Source: Mycobacterium sp. (lineage in GTDB: Bacteria > Actinomycetota > Actinomycetes > Mycobacteriales > Mycobacteriaceae). Taken from it: 64,000 nt of DNA. Below the pieces are notes generated by a model, which saw nothing but the letters and a program-made list of their open reading frames with translations, was not told the DNA's origin and made no database searches. Made by a program: the position numbers and the translations under genes. Position 1 is the stretch's first letter, and every line of letters starts with the position of its first letter. Location: positions 188 through 64,187 of the forward strand of contig NZ_PKEK01000010.1 of the NCBI RefSeq assembly GCF_002863225.1. The letters run 5' to 3'. Shown in pieces: positions 46,334 to 55,848 of this stretch.

Positions 46334-47443
46334 CTAGCGGGCACCCACTTTCCGGTAGTGGTAGTCGCTGTCGCCGAACATCGCGTCGACGGCCAGGATT
46401 CGTTTCAAATGGTGACCGACCGCGACCTCGTCGGTCATTCCGATGCCGCCGTGGATCTGGATCGCGCTCTCGGCAACCGCCCGGCCAAGGCGGCCGACTT
46501 GTGCCTTCAGCAACGAGATGTCGCGCGCCTGCGCGCGGGCCGATTCCACCAGCGCGGTGGTGTAGAGCAACGTCGAGCGTACCTTCACGAGGGCGATCTT
46601 CATGTCGGCCAGGCGGTGCGCCACCGCCTGGAAGGTGGCGATCGGCACCCCGAACTGCTGCCGCGTTCCTGCGTAGGAGACGGTGTTCGCCACCAACGCA
46701 TTCATGGCGCCGACAGCCTCGGCGGACAGCGCAAGGATGGCTCCCTCGAGGATCCCGGCTATGGCTTCGGCGGCGTCGGCCGCCAGAAGAGTTACCGGCG
46801 CCTCGTCGAACGTGCAGTTCGCGGCCTTACGTCCGTCGATCGTGCGGTAGGCCGTCAGGGACACCCCCGGCACGTCCGGGGTCAGCAGCACGATGCCGAG
46901 TTCACCTTCGGCGTGACCAGCGCCATGCAGTCGCGCCGTCACCACCAAGACCTGCGCGTCGCCGCCACCGAGCACCAACCGCTTTTCGCCGCTGAGCAGA
47001 TAGCCGTCTGCGCCGAGCGTTGCGGCGGTGGTGATTCGCGCCGGGTCGGCGGTCCCGCGGCCCTCCTCGTGAGCGAAGGCTCCGAGCGCCTCGCCGTCGG
47101 AGATCATGTCCAGCCATGTGCGCGCGGCGTCGCTGTGCTCGATCAGCGCGAGCGCCCGACCGGTCAGGATCACCGACGAAAGGTAGGGCTCGCTCACCAG
47201 ATGCTCACCGAACAGTTCAGCGATCGCGACGACGTCGGTCGACGATCCACCCAACCCGCCGAGCTCTTCGGGAAATGGCAGCGCGAGAAGCCCGAACTCT
47301 TGAAATTGTTGCCACACTTCGTCGGAGGTTCCGCGTTCGGAGCCGATGATTTCCTGCCGTCGTTCGAAGCCGTAGGACCGGCCGAGGTACTGAGACACGC
47401 TGCGGCGCAGCATCGTCTGCTCATCCGAGAAAGAGAAGTCCAC
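46334..47443 (-). CDS. Acyl-CoA dehydrogenase family protein (beta-type partner)
   Basis: MDFSFSDEQ, RQQFGVPIATFQ and QIHGGIGMTDE. Confidence 0.9.
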   Translation of the reverse strand: MDFSFSDEQTMLRRSVSQYLGRSYGFERRQEIIGSERGTSDEVWQQFQEFGLLALPFPEELGGLGGSSTDVVAIAELFGEHLVSEPYLSSVILTGRALALIEHSDAARTWLDMISDGEALGAFAHEEGRGTADPARITTAATLGADGYLLSGEKRLVLGGGDAQVLVVTARLHGAGHAEGELGIVLLTPDVPGVSLTAYRTIDGRKAANCTFDEAPVTLLAADAAEAIAGILEGAILALSAEAVGAMNALVANTVSYAGTRQQFGVPIATFQAVAHRLADMKIALVKVRSTLLYTTALVESARAQARDISLLKAQVGRLGRAVAESAIQIHGGIGMTDEVAVGHHLKRILAVDAMFGDSDYHYRKVGAR

Positions 47444-47446
47444 CGG

Positions 47447-48661
47447 TCAGCTCCTTCCCGCAAACGGCAGACTTCGCGCGATCAGGTCGCGCTGTACCTC
47501 GTTGGTGCCCGCGTAGATGGTGGTGGCACGCGAGTTCAGGTAGAAGGGCATGGCAATCAGGTCCTGCTCGTCGCCCAGTGCGGGATGCGAGGACCCGATG
47601 GTGAGCGCCTCGTGTTGCAACGGAAGCGACTCCAGACCGGCGACGCGCGTCATCAACACCGAGAGCTTCTGCGTCAACTCGGTGCTCATCGTCTTCTTGA
47701 CCGAAGGGAACGCCGGGTCATCGGCTACGGGATGCCCACTGATCGCCAACTTTTCGAAGTATTCGTAGGACGCGACATCGGCCTCCGCTTCACCCAGGTC
47801 GCGTTGAAACACCGAATCATCGGCCAGCACACCACCGTTGGGCGCATTGGCAGTGATGCTGGCTTCGCGGATCAGACGCACCCGCCGGCGCAGGAACGGG
47901 CCCTGCGCCGAGCCACCCCGCTCGTGCTTCAGTAGCGCCTTCGCGACGGTCCAGCCGTCGTTCTCCTCCCCCACCCGACCCGATTGCGGCACCCGCACGT
48001 CGTCGAAGAACACCTCGCATTGTTCGGGAAAGCCGTCGAGACCGACGATCGGCCGGATGGTCATGCCCGGGTAGTCCGTGCGGTCGAGCAGCAGAAAGGT
48101 GATGCCCCGCTGCTTCTTTCCCTCAGAGCTGGTGCGGACCAGCATGAACATCCGGTTGGACCGGTGGGCCAGCGTCGTCCAGATCTTGCTGCCGTTGATC
48201 ACGTAATCGTCACCGTCGGCGACCGCGGAGCAGGTGAGCGAAGCGAGGTCCGAACCGGAGTTGGGCTCGGAATAGCCTTGCGTCCAATAGTCTTCGGCCG
48301 CAAGAATTCTCGGGAGATACTTGGCCTGCTGCTCGGCCGTACCCAGTTCCATCAGGAGCGGGCCCACCATCTGCAGACAGTTCGGCAGCAGCGGCGGCAG
48401 GTCGCGCGCGCAGTACTCCTCCGCGAAGATGAACCGCTGTTCGACCGACCAGCCAGGTCCACCGAATTCGACCGGCCAGGCTGGGGCGGCCCACCCTTGA
48501 CGATGCAGGATGCGCTGCCATTCCATGACCTCGTCGAAGGAAGCGAAGGCGCTCGTCAGCTTGCGGCCCGCCTCCCGGATCGCCGGGGTCGGCGCGGTAT
48601 CCAGAAAGGCCGCCACTTCCTCGCGGAAGGTGTCTAGCTCGGGAGCGAAGTCGATGTGCAC
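47447..48661 (-). CDS. Acyl-CoA dehydrogenase family protein (alpha-type partner)
   Basis: QGYSEPNSGSDLASL, KIWTT and IYAGTNEVQR. Confidence 0.92.
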   Translation of the reverse strand: MHIDFAPELDTFREEVAAFLDTAPTPAIREAGRKLTSAFASFDEVMEWQRILHRQGWAAPAWPVEFGGPGWSVEQRFIFAEEYCARDLPPLLPNCLQMVGPLLMELGTAEQQAKYLPRILAAEDYWTQGYSEPNSGSDLASLTCSAVADGDDYVINGSKIWTTLAHRSNRMFMLVRTSSEGKKQRGITFLLLDRTDYPGMTIRPIVGLDGFPEQCEVFFDDVRVPQSGRVGEENDGWTVAKALLKHERGGSAQGPFLRRRVRLIREASITANAPNGGVLADDSVFQRDLGEAEADVASYEYFEKLAISGHPVADDPAFPSVKKTMSTELTQKLSVLMTRVAGLESLPLQHEALTIGSSHPALGDEQDLIAMPFYLNSRATTIYAGTNEVQRDLIARSLPFAGRS

Positions 48662-48851
48662 GGCGGTCAGCCTCGCTTTCCAGCGACGGCGGTCCGACGC
48701 CGCCACGAATGACCCATTCTTGACACCTGTTTAGTTTGATCGACTGAACTACAGGCGCTCCGCCCTGTCAATGGCATGCCCTCCAAGCAGCAGGCCCGTC
48801 GCTAGCGGCCGATCTTGCAATACATGCGTAACTGCGCATATATTGCGGAGC

Positions 48852-49739
48852 ATGGGTGCCGGCCACGATCACGCGAACCCGGGCACACCCGTGCCACGAC
48901 TCGCCATCGCCACCGCCCTGCTCGGCGGCTTCTTCGCGGTCGAGCTGACGACCGCGCTGCTGATCGGCTCCATCTCCCTGCTGGCCGATGCCGGCCACAT
49001 CCTGACCGATGTCGCGGCCACGTTCATGGGCCTGTGCGCGGTGATCCTGGCCCGGCGCGGCAGCACGTCACCGTCTCGCACCTACGGCTGGCACCGGGCC
49101 GAGGTGTTCACCGCCGTCGCCAACGCCGTGCTGCTGATCGGTGTGGCCACGCTGATCCTGCGGGAGGCGATCGGGCGAATCGGTCAGGCACCCGATGTGC
49201 CGGGTGTTCCGATGGTCGCCGTCGCGTTGACCGGGCTGGCCACCAATGCCGTTGTCGCGCTGCTGTTGCGCTCGCACTCGTCGCAGAGCCTGGCCGTCAA
49301 AGGTGCCTACATGGAGGTCATCGCCGACACCGTCGGCAGCATCGGCGTGTTGATCGCCGGCGTGGTCACCATCACCACGCACTGGCCTTACGCCGACGTC
49401 GTGGTCGCCGTCCTCGTCGCGCTGTGGGTGCTGCCCCGGGCGCTGTCACTGGCGGCGGGTGCGCTGCGGATCCTCTCCGAAGCCTCACCCAGCCACATCG
49501 ACGTCGACGAACTGCGCGCCGCGCTGGCGGCGGTCGACGGCGTCAGCGAGGTCCACGATCTGCACGTCTGGACCCTGGTGCCCGGCAAGGACATGGTGAC
49601 CGCCCACCTGGCCGGCTGCGACACCTCGGCGCGGGTGCTGCGCGAGGCTCAGGCGGTGCTGGCCGCACACGGCCTCGAACACGCGACGATTCAGATCGAG
49701 CCCCCGAACAGCGCCGGGGACTGCGCGCCCGGCTTCTAG
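48852..49739 (+). CDS. Cation diffusion facilitator transporter (CzcD-like)
   Basis: LLADAGH.LTD, YGWHRAE, DLHVWTL and HATIQIE. Confidence 0.93.
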   Translation: MGAGHDHANPGTPVPRLAIATALLGGFFAVELTTALLIGSISLLADAGHILTDVAATFMGLCAVILARRGSTSPSRTYGWHRAEVFTAVANAVLLIGVATLILREAIGRIGQAPDVPGVPMVAVALTGLATNAVVALLLRSHSSQSLAVKGAYMEVIADTVGSIGVLIAGVVTITTHWPYADVVVAVLVALWVLPRALSLAAGALRILSEASPSHIDVDELRAALAAVDGVSEVHDLHVWTLVPGKDMVTAHLAGCDTSARVLREAQAVLAAHGLEHATIQIEPPNSAGDCAPGF

Positions 49740-50152
49740 CTCAAGCCCAGCCCCGCGCGGGCGGCCGGGTCGCAGTCATCGAGGAGATCCAGACACCGGG
49801 CTTGTTCGTCGGTCTCACCGATCGCGTCGGCCGCGCGGGCCAGTGCGGCCACGCAGCGCAGGAAGCCGCGATTGGGCTCGTGCGAGAACGGGACCGGGCC
49901 GAAGCCCTTCCAGCCGTTGCGGCGCAACTGATCCAGGCCGCGGTGGTAGCCCGTGCGCGCATAGGCGTAGGCGGTGATCGCCTTGTCGTCGGCCAGGGCA
50001 TCCTCGGCCAGCTCCGCCCACGCGATCGACGCCGACGGATGCGCGGCGGCGACCGCGGTCGGATTGTCACCGGCCTGCAGCTGGGCCTCGGCGTCCGGGT
50101 CACCGGGCAGCAAGGTCGGATCGGGTCCCAACAGATCATGGATCGGCGTCAT
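49736..50152 (-). CDS. DUF3151 protein (Rv0360c)
   Basis: AYAYARTGYHRGLDQLRRNGWKG.GPVP.SHEPNRGFLR. Confidence 0.92.
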   Translation of the reverse strand: MTPIHDLLGPDPTLLPGDPDAEAQLQAGDNPTAVAAAHPSASIAWAELAEDALADDKAITAYAYARTGYHRGLDQLRRNGWKGFGPVPFSHEPNRGFLRCVAALARAADAIGETDEQARCLDLLDDCDPAARAGLGLS

Positions 50153-50263
50153 GCGGGTTATTGTGCCGTGCGACGCAACAGCGGGGTGCCATGACGCCGG
50201 TGACCGGGGTCGGGTCGCTAAGCTCCAATAGGTATTTCGACACCGAAGGGGACAGCTGCGCCT

Positions 50264-51103
50264 ATGCCCAATTCATCAGGGTCGGACCCCGACGCCACCG
50301 ATCACGACGCCACCGAAGACGCGGCGCGATCCGACGCCGACACCGCTGTCGAACCGACGGCCGGCGCCGACGAGAAGACGACGGAAAGCCCGCGCACCGC
50401 GGACCCGGCGACCGAGGTGATCGACCCGGGCGCGTTGGAGCAGCAGCCGCCGGCTCCGCAGCTTCAGCCCGGTGAACGCCGCTACACCGCTCCCGGATTC
50501 GACGCCAAGGAAACCGCGATCATCGATGCGGCCAGCGACCCTGCTACCGAGGTGTTCGCCCAGGGGCGGGCGCCCGGCGGCGGCCAGCCCGGCGCGAGAC
50601 CCGCTACGCCGCAACTGATTCCGCCCCGGCTCGGGTCGAAGTTCCGGCCGTCGGGCCAGCGGAGCTGGGGTTGGGTGCTGGCGCTGATCCTGATCATCTT
50701 GGCGCTGGCGGCCGTCGCGGTGCTGGGCACCGTGCTACTGACCCGCAACGACCGGAAAGCCAACGCGTCGCGGGAAGACCAGGTACGCAGCACGATTGAG
50801 AGTTTCGACGCCGCCGTGCAGACCGGCGATCTGACCAAGCTGCGCAGCCTGACCTGCGGGAGCATGCGCGACGACTACGTCAACTACAACCAGCGCGAGT
50901 GGAGCGACACCTATCACCGGGTCGCCGCGGCCAAGCAGTACCCCGTCGTCGCCGATATCGACCAGGTGGTGGTGGACGGAAACCACGCCGAAGCCAACGT
51001 CACCGCGTTCATGGCCTACGCGCCGCAGACCCGCTCGACACGCAGCTTCGACCTGCAGTACCGCGACGACCAGTGGAAGATCTGCGAATCCAGTTCGGGC
51101 TGA
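50264..51103 (+). CDS. Rv0361 family membrane protein
   Basis: Disordered N-terminus, one TM, and an NTF2-like C-terminus ending WKIC. Confidence 0.85.
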   Translation: MPNSSGSDPDATDHDATEDAARSDADTAVEPTAGADEKTTESPRTADPATEVIDPGALEQQPPAPQLQPGERRYTAPGFDAKETAIIDAASDPATEVFAQGRAPGGGQPGARPATPQLIPPRLGSKFRPSGQRSWGWVLALILIILALAAVAVLGTVLLTRNDRKANASREDQVRSTIESFDAAVQTGDLTKLRSLTCGSMRDDYVNYNQREWSDTYHRVAAAKQYPVVADIDQVVVDGNHAEANVTAFMAYAPQTRSTRSFDLQYRDDQWKICESSSG

Positions 51104-51139
51104 GCCGTTTTCGCCTAGCGCGGCTAGCCCGGTGTTCGC

Positions 51140-51200
51140 GCCGAACGTGAAACCAGCTTCACAGTGGCGGCCGAACGTGAAGTCAACTTCACGTTCGGGC
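51140..51200. repeat. REP-like palindromic elements / terminator hairpin
   Basis: CCGAACGTGAAG-tcaa-CTTCACGTTCGG (51171-51198), preceded by a degenerate copy starting at 51140. Confidence 0.7.
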
Positions 51201-51207
51201 CGGGGGG

Positions 51208-52242
51208 CTAGCCGCTGACCGACTTGCCGTTGCTGTGCAGGTCGTTGCAAGCCTCGACAACGCGCTCGGTCATCGCCGCCTCGGCCTTCTTGAGGTAGCT
51301 ACGCGGGTCGTAGACCTTCTTGTTGCCCACCTCGCCGTCGACCTTGAGAACGCCGTCGTAGTTGGTGAACATGTGCGCGGCCAGCGGCCGGGTGAAGGCG
51401 TACTGGGTGTCGGTGTCGACGTTCATCTTCACCACGCCGTAGCGCAGTGCCTCTTCGATCTCCGACTTCGCCGAGCCCGATCCGCCGTGGAAGACGAAGT
51501 CGAACGGCTTGGATCCGTCGGCCAGACCCAGCTTCGCGGCGGCGACCTTCTGGCCCTGCGCCAGAATGTCGGGACGCAGCTTCACGTTGCCCGGCTTGTA
51601 GACGCCGTGGACGTTGCCGAACGTCGCCGCCAGCAGGTAGTGGCCGTGCTCGCCGTGACCCAGTGCGTCGATGGTCTTCTCGAAGTCCTCGGGGGTGGTG
51701 TAGAGCTTGTCGTTGATCTCGGCCTCGACGCCGTCTTCCTCGCCGCCCACGACGCCGATCTCGACCTCCAGGACGATCTTGGCGGCGGCGGCCAGTTTGA
51801 GCAGCTCTTGCGCGATCTCCAGGTTCTCGTCGATCGGCACCGCCGAACCGTCCCACATGTGCGACTGGAACAGCGGGTTCTTGCCGGCAGCGACCCGTTC
51901 GGCCGAGATGGCCAGCAGCGGACGCACGTAGGTGTCCAGCTTGTCCTTGGGACAGTGGTCGGTGTGCAGGGCCACGTTGATCGGATACTTCGCGGCGACG
52001 ACGTGAGCGAACTCGGCCAGCGCGACGGCACCGGTGACCATGTCCTTGACGCCCAGGCCGGAGCCGAATTCCGCGCCGCCGGTGGAGAACTGGATGATAC
52101 CGTCGCTGCCCGCGTCGGCGAATCCTTTCAGCGCGGCGTTGATGGATTCCGAGCCGACGCAGTTGATCGCCGGAAAGGCGTACTCGTTCTCCTTGGCGCG
52201 CTTGAGCATCTCCGCGTAGACGTCTGGCGTTGCGATGGGCAT
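51208..52242 (-). CDS. fbaA: Class II fructose-bisphosphate aldolase
   Basis: ALHTDHC, HMWDGS, FGNVHGVYKPG and VFHGGSGS. Confidence 0.97.
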   Translation of the reverse strand: MPIATPDVYAEMLKRAKENEYAFPAINCVGSESINAALKGFADAGSDGIIQFSTGGAEFGSGLGVKDMVTGAVALAEFAHVVAAKYPINVALHTDHCPKDKLDTYVRPLLAISAERVAAGKNPLFQSHMWDGSAVPIDENLEIAQELLKLAAAAKIVLEVEIGVVGGEEDGVEAEINDKLYTTPEDFEKTIDALGHGEHGHYLLAATFGNVHGVYKPGNVKLRPDILAQGQKVAAAKLGLADGSKPFDFVFHGGSGSAKSEIEEALRYGVVKMNVDTDTQYAFTRPLAAHMFTNYDGVLKVDGEVGNKKVYDPRSYLKKAEAAMTERVVEACNDLHSNGKSVSG

Positions 52243-52373
52243 GCGGCTTCCTTCCTGACGGGTCGCATCAGTATCGCAATATCCTCGGCGGGTCCGCAGC
52301 CCGCCCGGTCATGGCCGACCCGAACCGCCGGTATCTTGAAACACGTGAAATCCACGAGGAAGCTCTAGCGGCA

Positions 52374-53030
52374 ATGCCCAACATCCTCGACCCGATGTAC
52401 TGGATCGGCCCCCAGGGTCTGTTCGCATCAGCCGTGCTGCCGACGATCCTGGCCATCGTCTTCGTCGAGACCGGTCTGCTGTTCCCGCTGCTGCCGGGTG
52501 AATCGCTGCTGTTCACCGGTGGTCTGCTGGCCGCGCACGGCACGCTCGACATCTGGGTGCTGGCTCCTGCCGTGGCGCTGACCGCGATTCTCGGCGACCA
52601 GACCGGTTACTTCATCGGGCGTCGCATCGGGCCGGCGTTGTTCAAGAAAGAAGACTCGCGCTTCTTCAAGCAGCACCACGTGACCGAGTCGCACGCCTTC
52701 TTCGAGAAGTACGGGCCCGCGGCGATCATCCTGGCCCGGTTCATGCCGTTCGTGCGGACCTTCACTCCGGTGGTCGCCGGGGTGTCGTACATGCGCTACC
52801 CGGTCTACCTGGCCTTCGACATCGTCGGCGGTGTGCTGTGGGGTGGCGGGGTGACGATCGCCGGCTACTTCCTGGGCAACATTCCGTTCATTCACCAAAA
52901 CCTGGAAAAGATCGTCCTGGGCATCCTGTTCGTGTCGATGCTGCCGGCGTTCATCGCCACCGGCCGGGCCTACCTGAAACGTCGCCGCGCAACCCAGGAC
53001 GACAAAGACAAGCTGACCGTCGCCGACTAG
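52374..53030 (+). CDS. DedA/VTT domain membrane protein (Rv0364)
   Basis: FVETGL.F.LLPGESLLF, GDQ.GY.IG and ARF.PFVRTF.P. Confidence 0.92.
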   Translation: MPNILDPMYWIGPQGLFASAVLPTILAIVFVETGLLFPLLPGESLLFTGGLLAAHGTLDIWVLAPAVALTAILGDQTGYFIGRRIGPALFKKEDSRFFKQHHVTESHAFFEKYGPAAIILARFMPFVRTFTPVVAGVSYMRYPVYLAFDIVGGVLWGGGVTIAGYFLGNIPFIHQNLEKIVLGILFVSMLPAFIATGRAYLKRRRATQDDKDKLTVAD

Positions 53031-53038
53031 TCGTGTCG

Positions 53039-53944
53039 ATGAACCGGCGCACCGCCCTGCGCGCGGGCTTCGTCGGCGTCGGCGCCCTCGCCGCCGGATG
53101 CAACCGTCGCGGCGCTCCGACAGCTTCGCCGACGGTCGAGTCGCAACACGACGCCCTAGCGGCGCTCGAGAAGCAGCTGCCGGGCAGGTTGGGGGTGTGC
53201 GCGCTCGACACCGGGTCGCCGGCAAGCCTGCGCTACCGCGCCGACGAGCGCTTCCTGATGTGCTCGACCGCAAAGACGCTGAGCGTCGCGGCGGTCCTGC
53301 AGCGAAGCGCGCGCGAACCCGGCCTGCTCGATCGGCTGATCCGCTACGACCAGGCCGACGTCCTGGAGTGGGCCCCGGTTACCTCCAAGCACGTCGACAC
53401 CGGGATGACGGTCGAGGCCTTGTGCGACGCGGCGATCACGGTAAGCGACAACACCGCGGCCAACCTGCTGGTGCGCCTGCTCGGTGGCCCGCCTGCCGTC
53501 ACGACGTTCGCCCGGTCGCTGGGCGACAACGTCACCCGGGTCGACCGGCTCGAACCCGATCTCAATGTGACTGCGCCAGGGGATATTCGGGACACGTCGA
53601 CGCCTGGGCAGATGGCGCTGAACCTGCGAACGCTGGTTCTGGGTGATCCGTTGCCACCGGCGCCGCGCACGCGGTTCGCCGATCTCCTCAAGGCCAACAC
53701 CACCGGTGGCAAGGCCATCCGGGCCGGGCTCCCCCGGCAGTGGGTGGTGGGCGACAAGACCGGCTCGGGCGCGCAGGGGGAATCGAACGACCTCGCGATC
53801 GCCTGGCCGCCAGGCCGCGCACCGATCGTCGTCGCCGTCTACACCGCGCCTGACGATCCGCGCGTGCCGGCGGATCGGGCTCGGCAGATCATTGCCCGGG
53901 CCGCCACGATCGCCGCGTCGGCGTTGGCGCCGGCCGGCGGCTGA
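53039..53944 (+). CDS. bla: Class A beta-lactamase with a Tat/lipoprotein signal
   Basis: NRRTAL twin-Arg, LAAGC lipobox, CSTAK (SxxK), SDN, RLEPDLN (E166) and KTG. Confidence 0.93.
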   Translation: MNRRTALRAGFVGVGALAAGCNRRGAPTASPTVESQHDALAALEKQLPGRLGVCALDTGSPASLRYRADERFLMCSTAKTLSVAAVLQRSAREPGLLDRLIRYDQADVLEWAPVTSKHVDTGMTVEALCDAAITVSDNTAANLLVRLLGGPPAVTTFARSLGDNVTRVDRLEPDLNVTAPGDIRDTSTPGQMALNLRTLVLGDPLPPAPRTRFADLLKANTTGGKAIRAGLPRQWVVGDKTGSGAQGESNDLAIAWPPGRAPIVVAVYTAPDDPRVPADRARQIIARAATIAASALAPAGG

Positions 53945-53949
53945 GCCCG

Positions 53950-54489
53950 CTAGGCCGTCCGGAAGCCCATCGCCACACCGTTCATGCAGTAGCGCAGCCC
54001 GGTCGGTTGCGGTCCGTCGTTGAAGACGTGGCCCAGGTGGCCGCCGCAGCGGTTACACAGGACTTCGGTGCGCGTCATGCCGGCGCTGTCATCCTGCTGC
54101 TCGAGGACGGCGTTGGGAAGGACCCGGTAGAAGCTGGGCCACCCGGTGCCGCTGTCGAACTTCGTGCTCGACGCGAACAGGTCCTGGCCGCAGCCGGCGC
54201 AGGTGAACGTGCCGGACCGGTGCTCGTCGTTGAGGGGGCTGCTGTAGGGGCGCTCGGTGCCCGCCTTGCGGAGCACGTCGTAGGCCGCCGGTGAGAGCAT
54301 CCGCCGCCACTCGTCGTCGCTGTGGTTGACGTCGAACGTCTTGGCCGGAGTCCTCGGCGCACCCGATGCGCTGCAGGCCAGCACCGACCCGGTGGCGGCG
54401 AGCGCACCCGCTACGGCGGTGCCGAACAGAATCTGCCGCCGGTTGAGGACCGGCCTTTGCGGTGTGGTCACCTTTTCCACCATAGCCAC
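53950..54489 (-). CDS. msrB: Methionine-R-sulfoxide reductase with a Tat-like signal
   Basis: GTERPY, CAGC, KFDSGTGWPSF, CNRC.GHLGHVF.DGP.PTG.RYCMN; N-terminal NRRQIL. Confidence 0.95.
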   Translation of the reverse strand: MAMVEKVTTPQRPVLNRRQILFGTAVAGALAATGSVLACSASGAPRTPAKTFDVNHSDDEWRRMLSPAAYDVLRKAGTERPYSSPLNDEHRSGTFTCAGCGQDLFASSTKFDSGTGWPSFYRVLPNAVLEQQDDSAGMTRTEVLCNRCGGHLGHVFNDGPQPTGLRYCMNGVAMGFRTA

Positions 54490-54498
54490 CCGTGGCGA

Positions 54499-55848
54499 TC
54501 AGACCGCGACGCGGAAATCGCAGCCGGTCTTGGCGCGCACGTCGGCGACGGTGACGCCGGGGTGCAACTCGATCAGCGTGAGGCCCTGCCCGGGCTCGAC
54601 GTCGAAGACGCACAGGTCGGTGATGATCATGTCCACCACCGCCTTGCCGGTGACCGGCAGCGAGCACTGCTTGAGGATCTTCGGGCTGCCGTCCTTGGCG
54701 GTGTGGTCCATCACGACGATCACCCGCTTGACGCCGGACACCAAATCCATTGCGCCGCCGGGTCCTTTGACCATCTTGCCCGGCACCATCCAGTTGGCCA
54801 GGTCGCCGTTCTCAGCGACTTCGAGTCCGCCCAGGATGGACAGGTCGATGTGGCCGCCGCGGATCATCGCGAACGAGTCGGCGCTGCTGAAGAAGCTCGA
54901 CCCGGGCAGGCTGGTGACGGTCTGCTTGCCGGCGTTGACGAGATCGGGGTCGACGGCGTCTTCGCTGGGGTAGGCGCCGATGCCGAGCAGACCGTTCTCG
55001 GACTGCAGCGTGACGGTGATGTCGTCCGGAATGTAGTTGGCCACCAACGTCGGTATGCCGATACCCAGGTTGACGTAGTAGCCGTCGCGCAGTTCCTTGG
55101 CGGCGCGCTGAGCCATCACTTCGCGGATCGGGCTGTCCTTCTTGGCCGCTGCGCCGCCGGTGGTGGTGCGGAACTCGATGCGCTTCTCGTAGGACGGGCC
55201 TTCGATGATCCGGTCGACGTAGATGCCGGGAGTGTGGACCAGGTCGGGATCCAGCTCGCCGACCTCGACAAGTTCTTCCACCTCGGCGATGGTCACGGTG
55301 CCGCAGGTGGCGATCATCGGGTTGAAGTTGCGGGCGGTCTTGCGGTAGATCAAATTGCCCGCACGGTCGCCCTTCCACGCCTTGACGATGGCCACGTCGG
55401 CCCGAATGCCTTCTTCGAGAACGTATTCCGTGCCGTCGAAGACCCGGGTGTCCTTGCCCTCGGCCAGGTTCGTGCCGAACGCGGTGCGGGTGTAGAAGCC
55501 GGGGATGCCGGCGCCGCCGGCACGCAATTTCTCCGCGAGTGTCCCCTGCGGCGTCAGCACCAGGTCGAGTTCACCGGCCAGAACCTGGCGTTCGAACTCT
55601 TTGTTCTCCCCGACGTACGAGGCGATCACTTTGTTGACCTGACGCGCCTTGAGCAGCAGGCCCATGCCGAAATCGTCGACGCCGGCGTTGTTTCCGACGA
55701 TCGTGAGATCTTTGACACCGCTGCCGACCAACGCCTGGATCAGGTTCTCGGGAATGCCGCAGAGGCCGAAACCCCCTGCGGCGATGGTGATTCCGTCCTT
55801 CAACAGGCCATCCCAGGCCGACACGGCGTCGGCGTGGACCTTACTCAT
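54499..55848 (-). CDS. Fused succinyl-CoA:3-oxoacid CoA-transferase (ScoA+ScoB in one chain)
   Basis: A-subunit [16 protein letters not shown] and TPGIYV; B-subunit NLGIGIP, SENG and GGAMDL; one 449-aa ORF. Confidence 0.93.
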   Translation of the reverse strand: MSKVHADAVSAWDGLLKDGITIAAGGFGLCGIPENLIQALVGSGVKDLTIVGNNAGVDDFGMGLLLKARQVNKVIASYVGENKEFERQVLAGELDLVLTPQGTLAEKLRAGGAGIPGFYTRTAFGTNLAEGKDTRVFDGTEYVLEEGIRADVAIVKAWKGDRAGNLIYRKTARNFNPMIATCGTVTIAEVEELVEVGELDPDLVHTPGIYVDRIIEGPSYEKRIEFRTTTGGAAAKKDSPIREVMAQRAAKELRDGYYVNLGIGIPTLVANYIPDDITVTLQSENGLLGIGAYPSEDAVDPDLVNAGKQTVTSLPGSSFFSSADSFAMIRGGHIDLSILGGLEVAENGDLANWMVPGKMVKGPGGAMDLVSGVKRVIVVMDHTAKDGSPKILKQCSLPVTGKAVVDMIITDLCVFDVEPGQGLTLIELHPGVTVADVRAKTGCDFRVAV

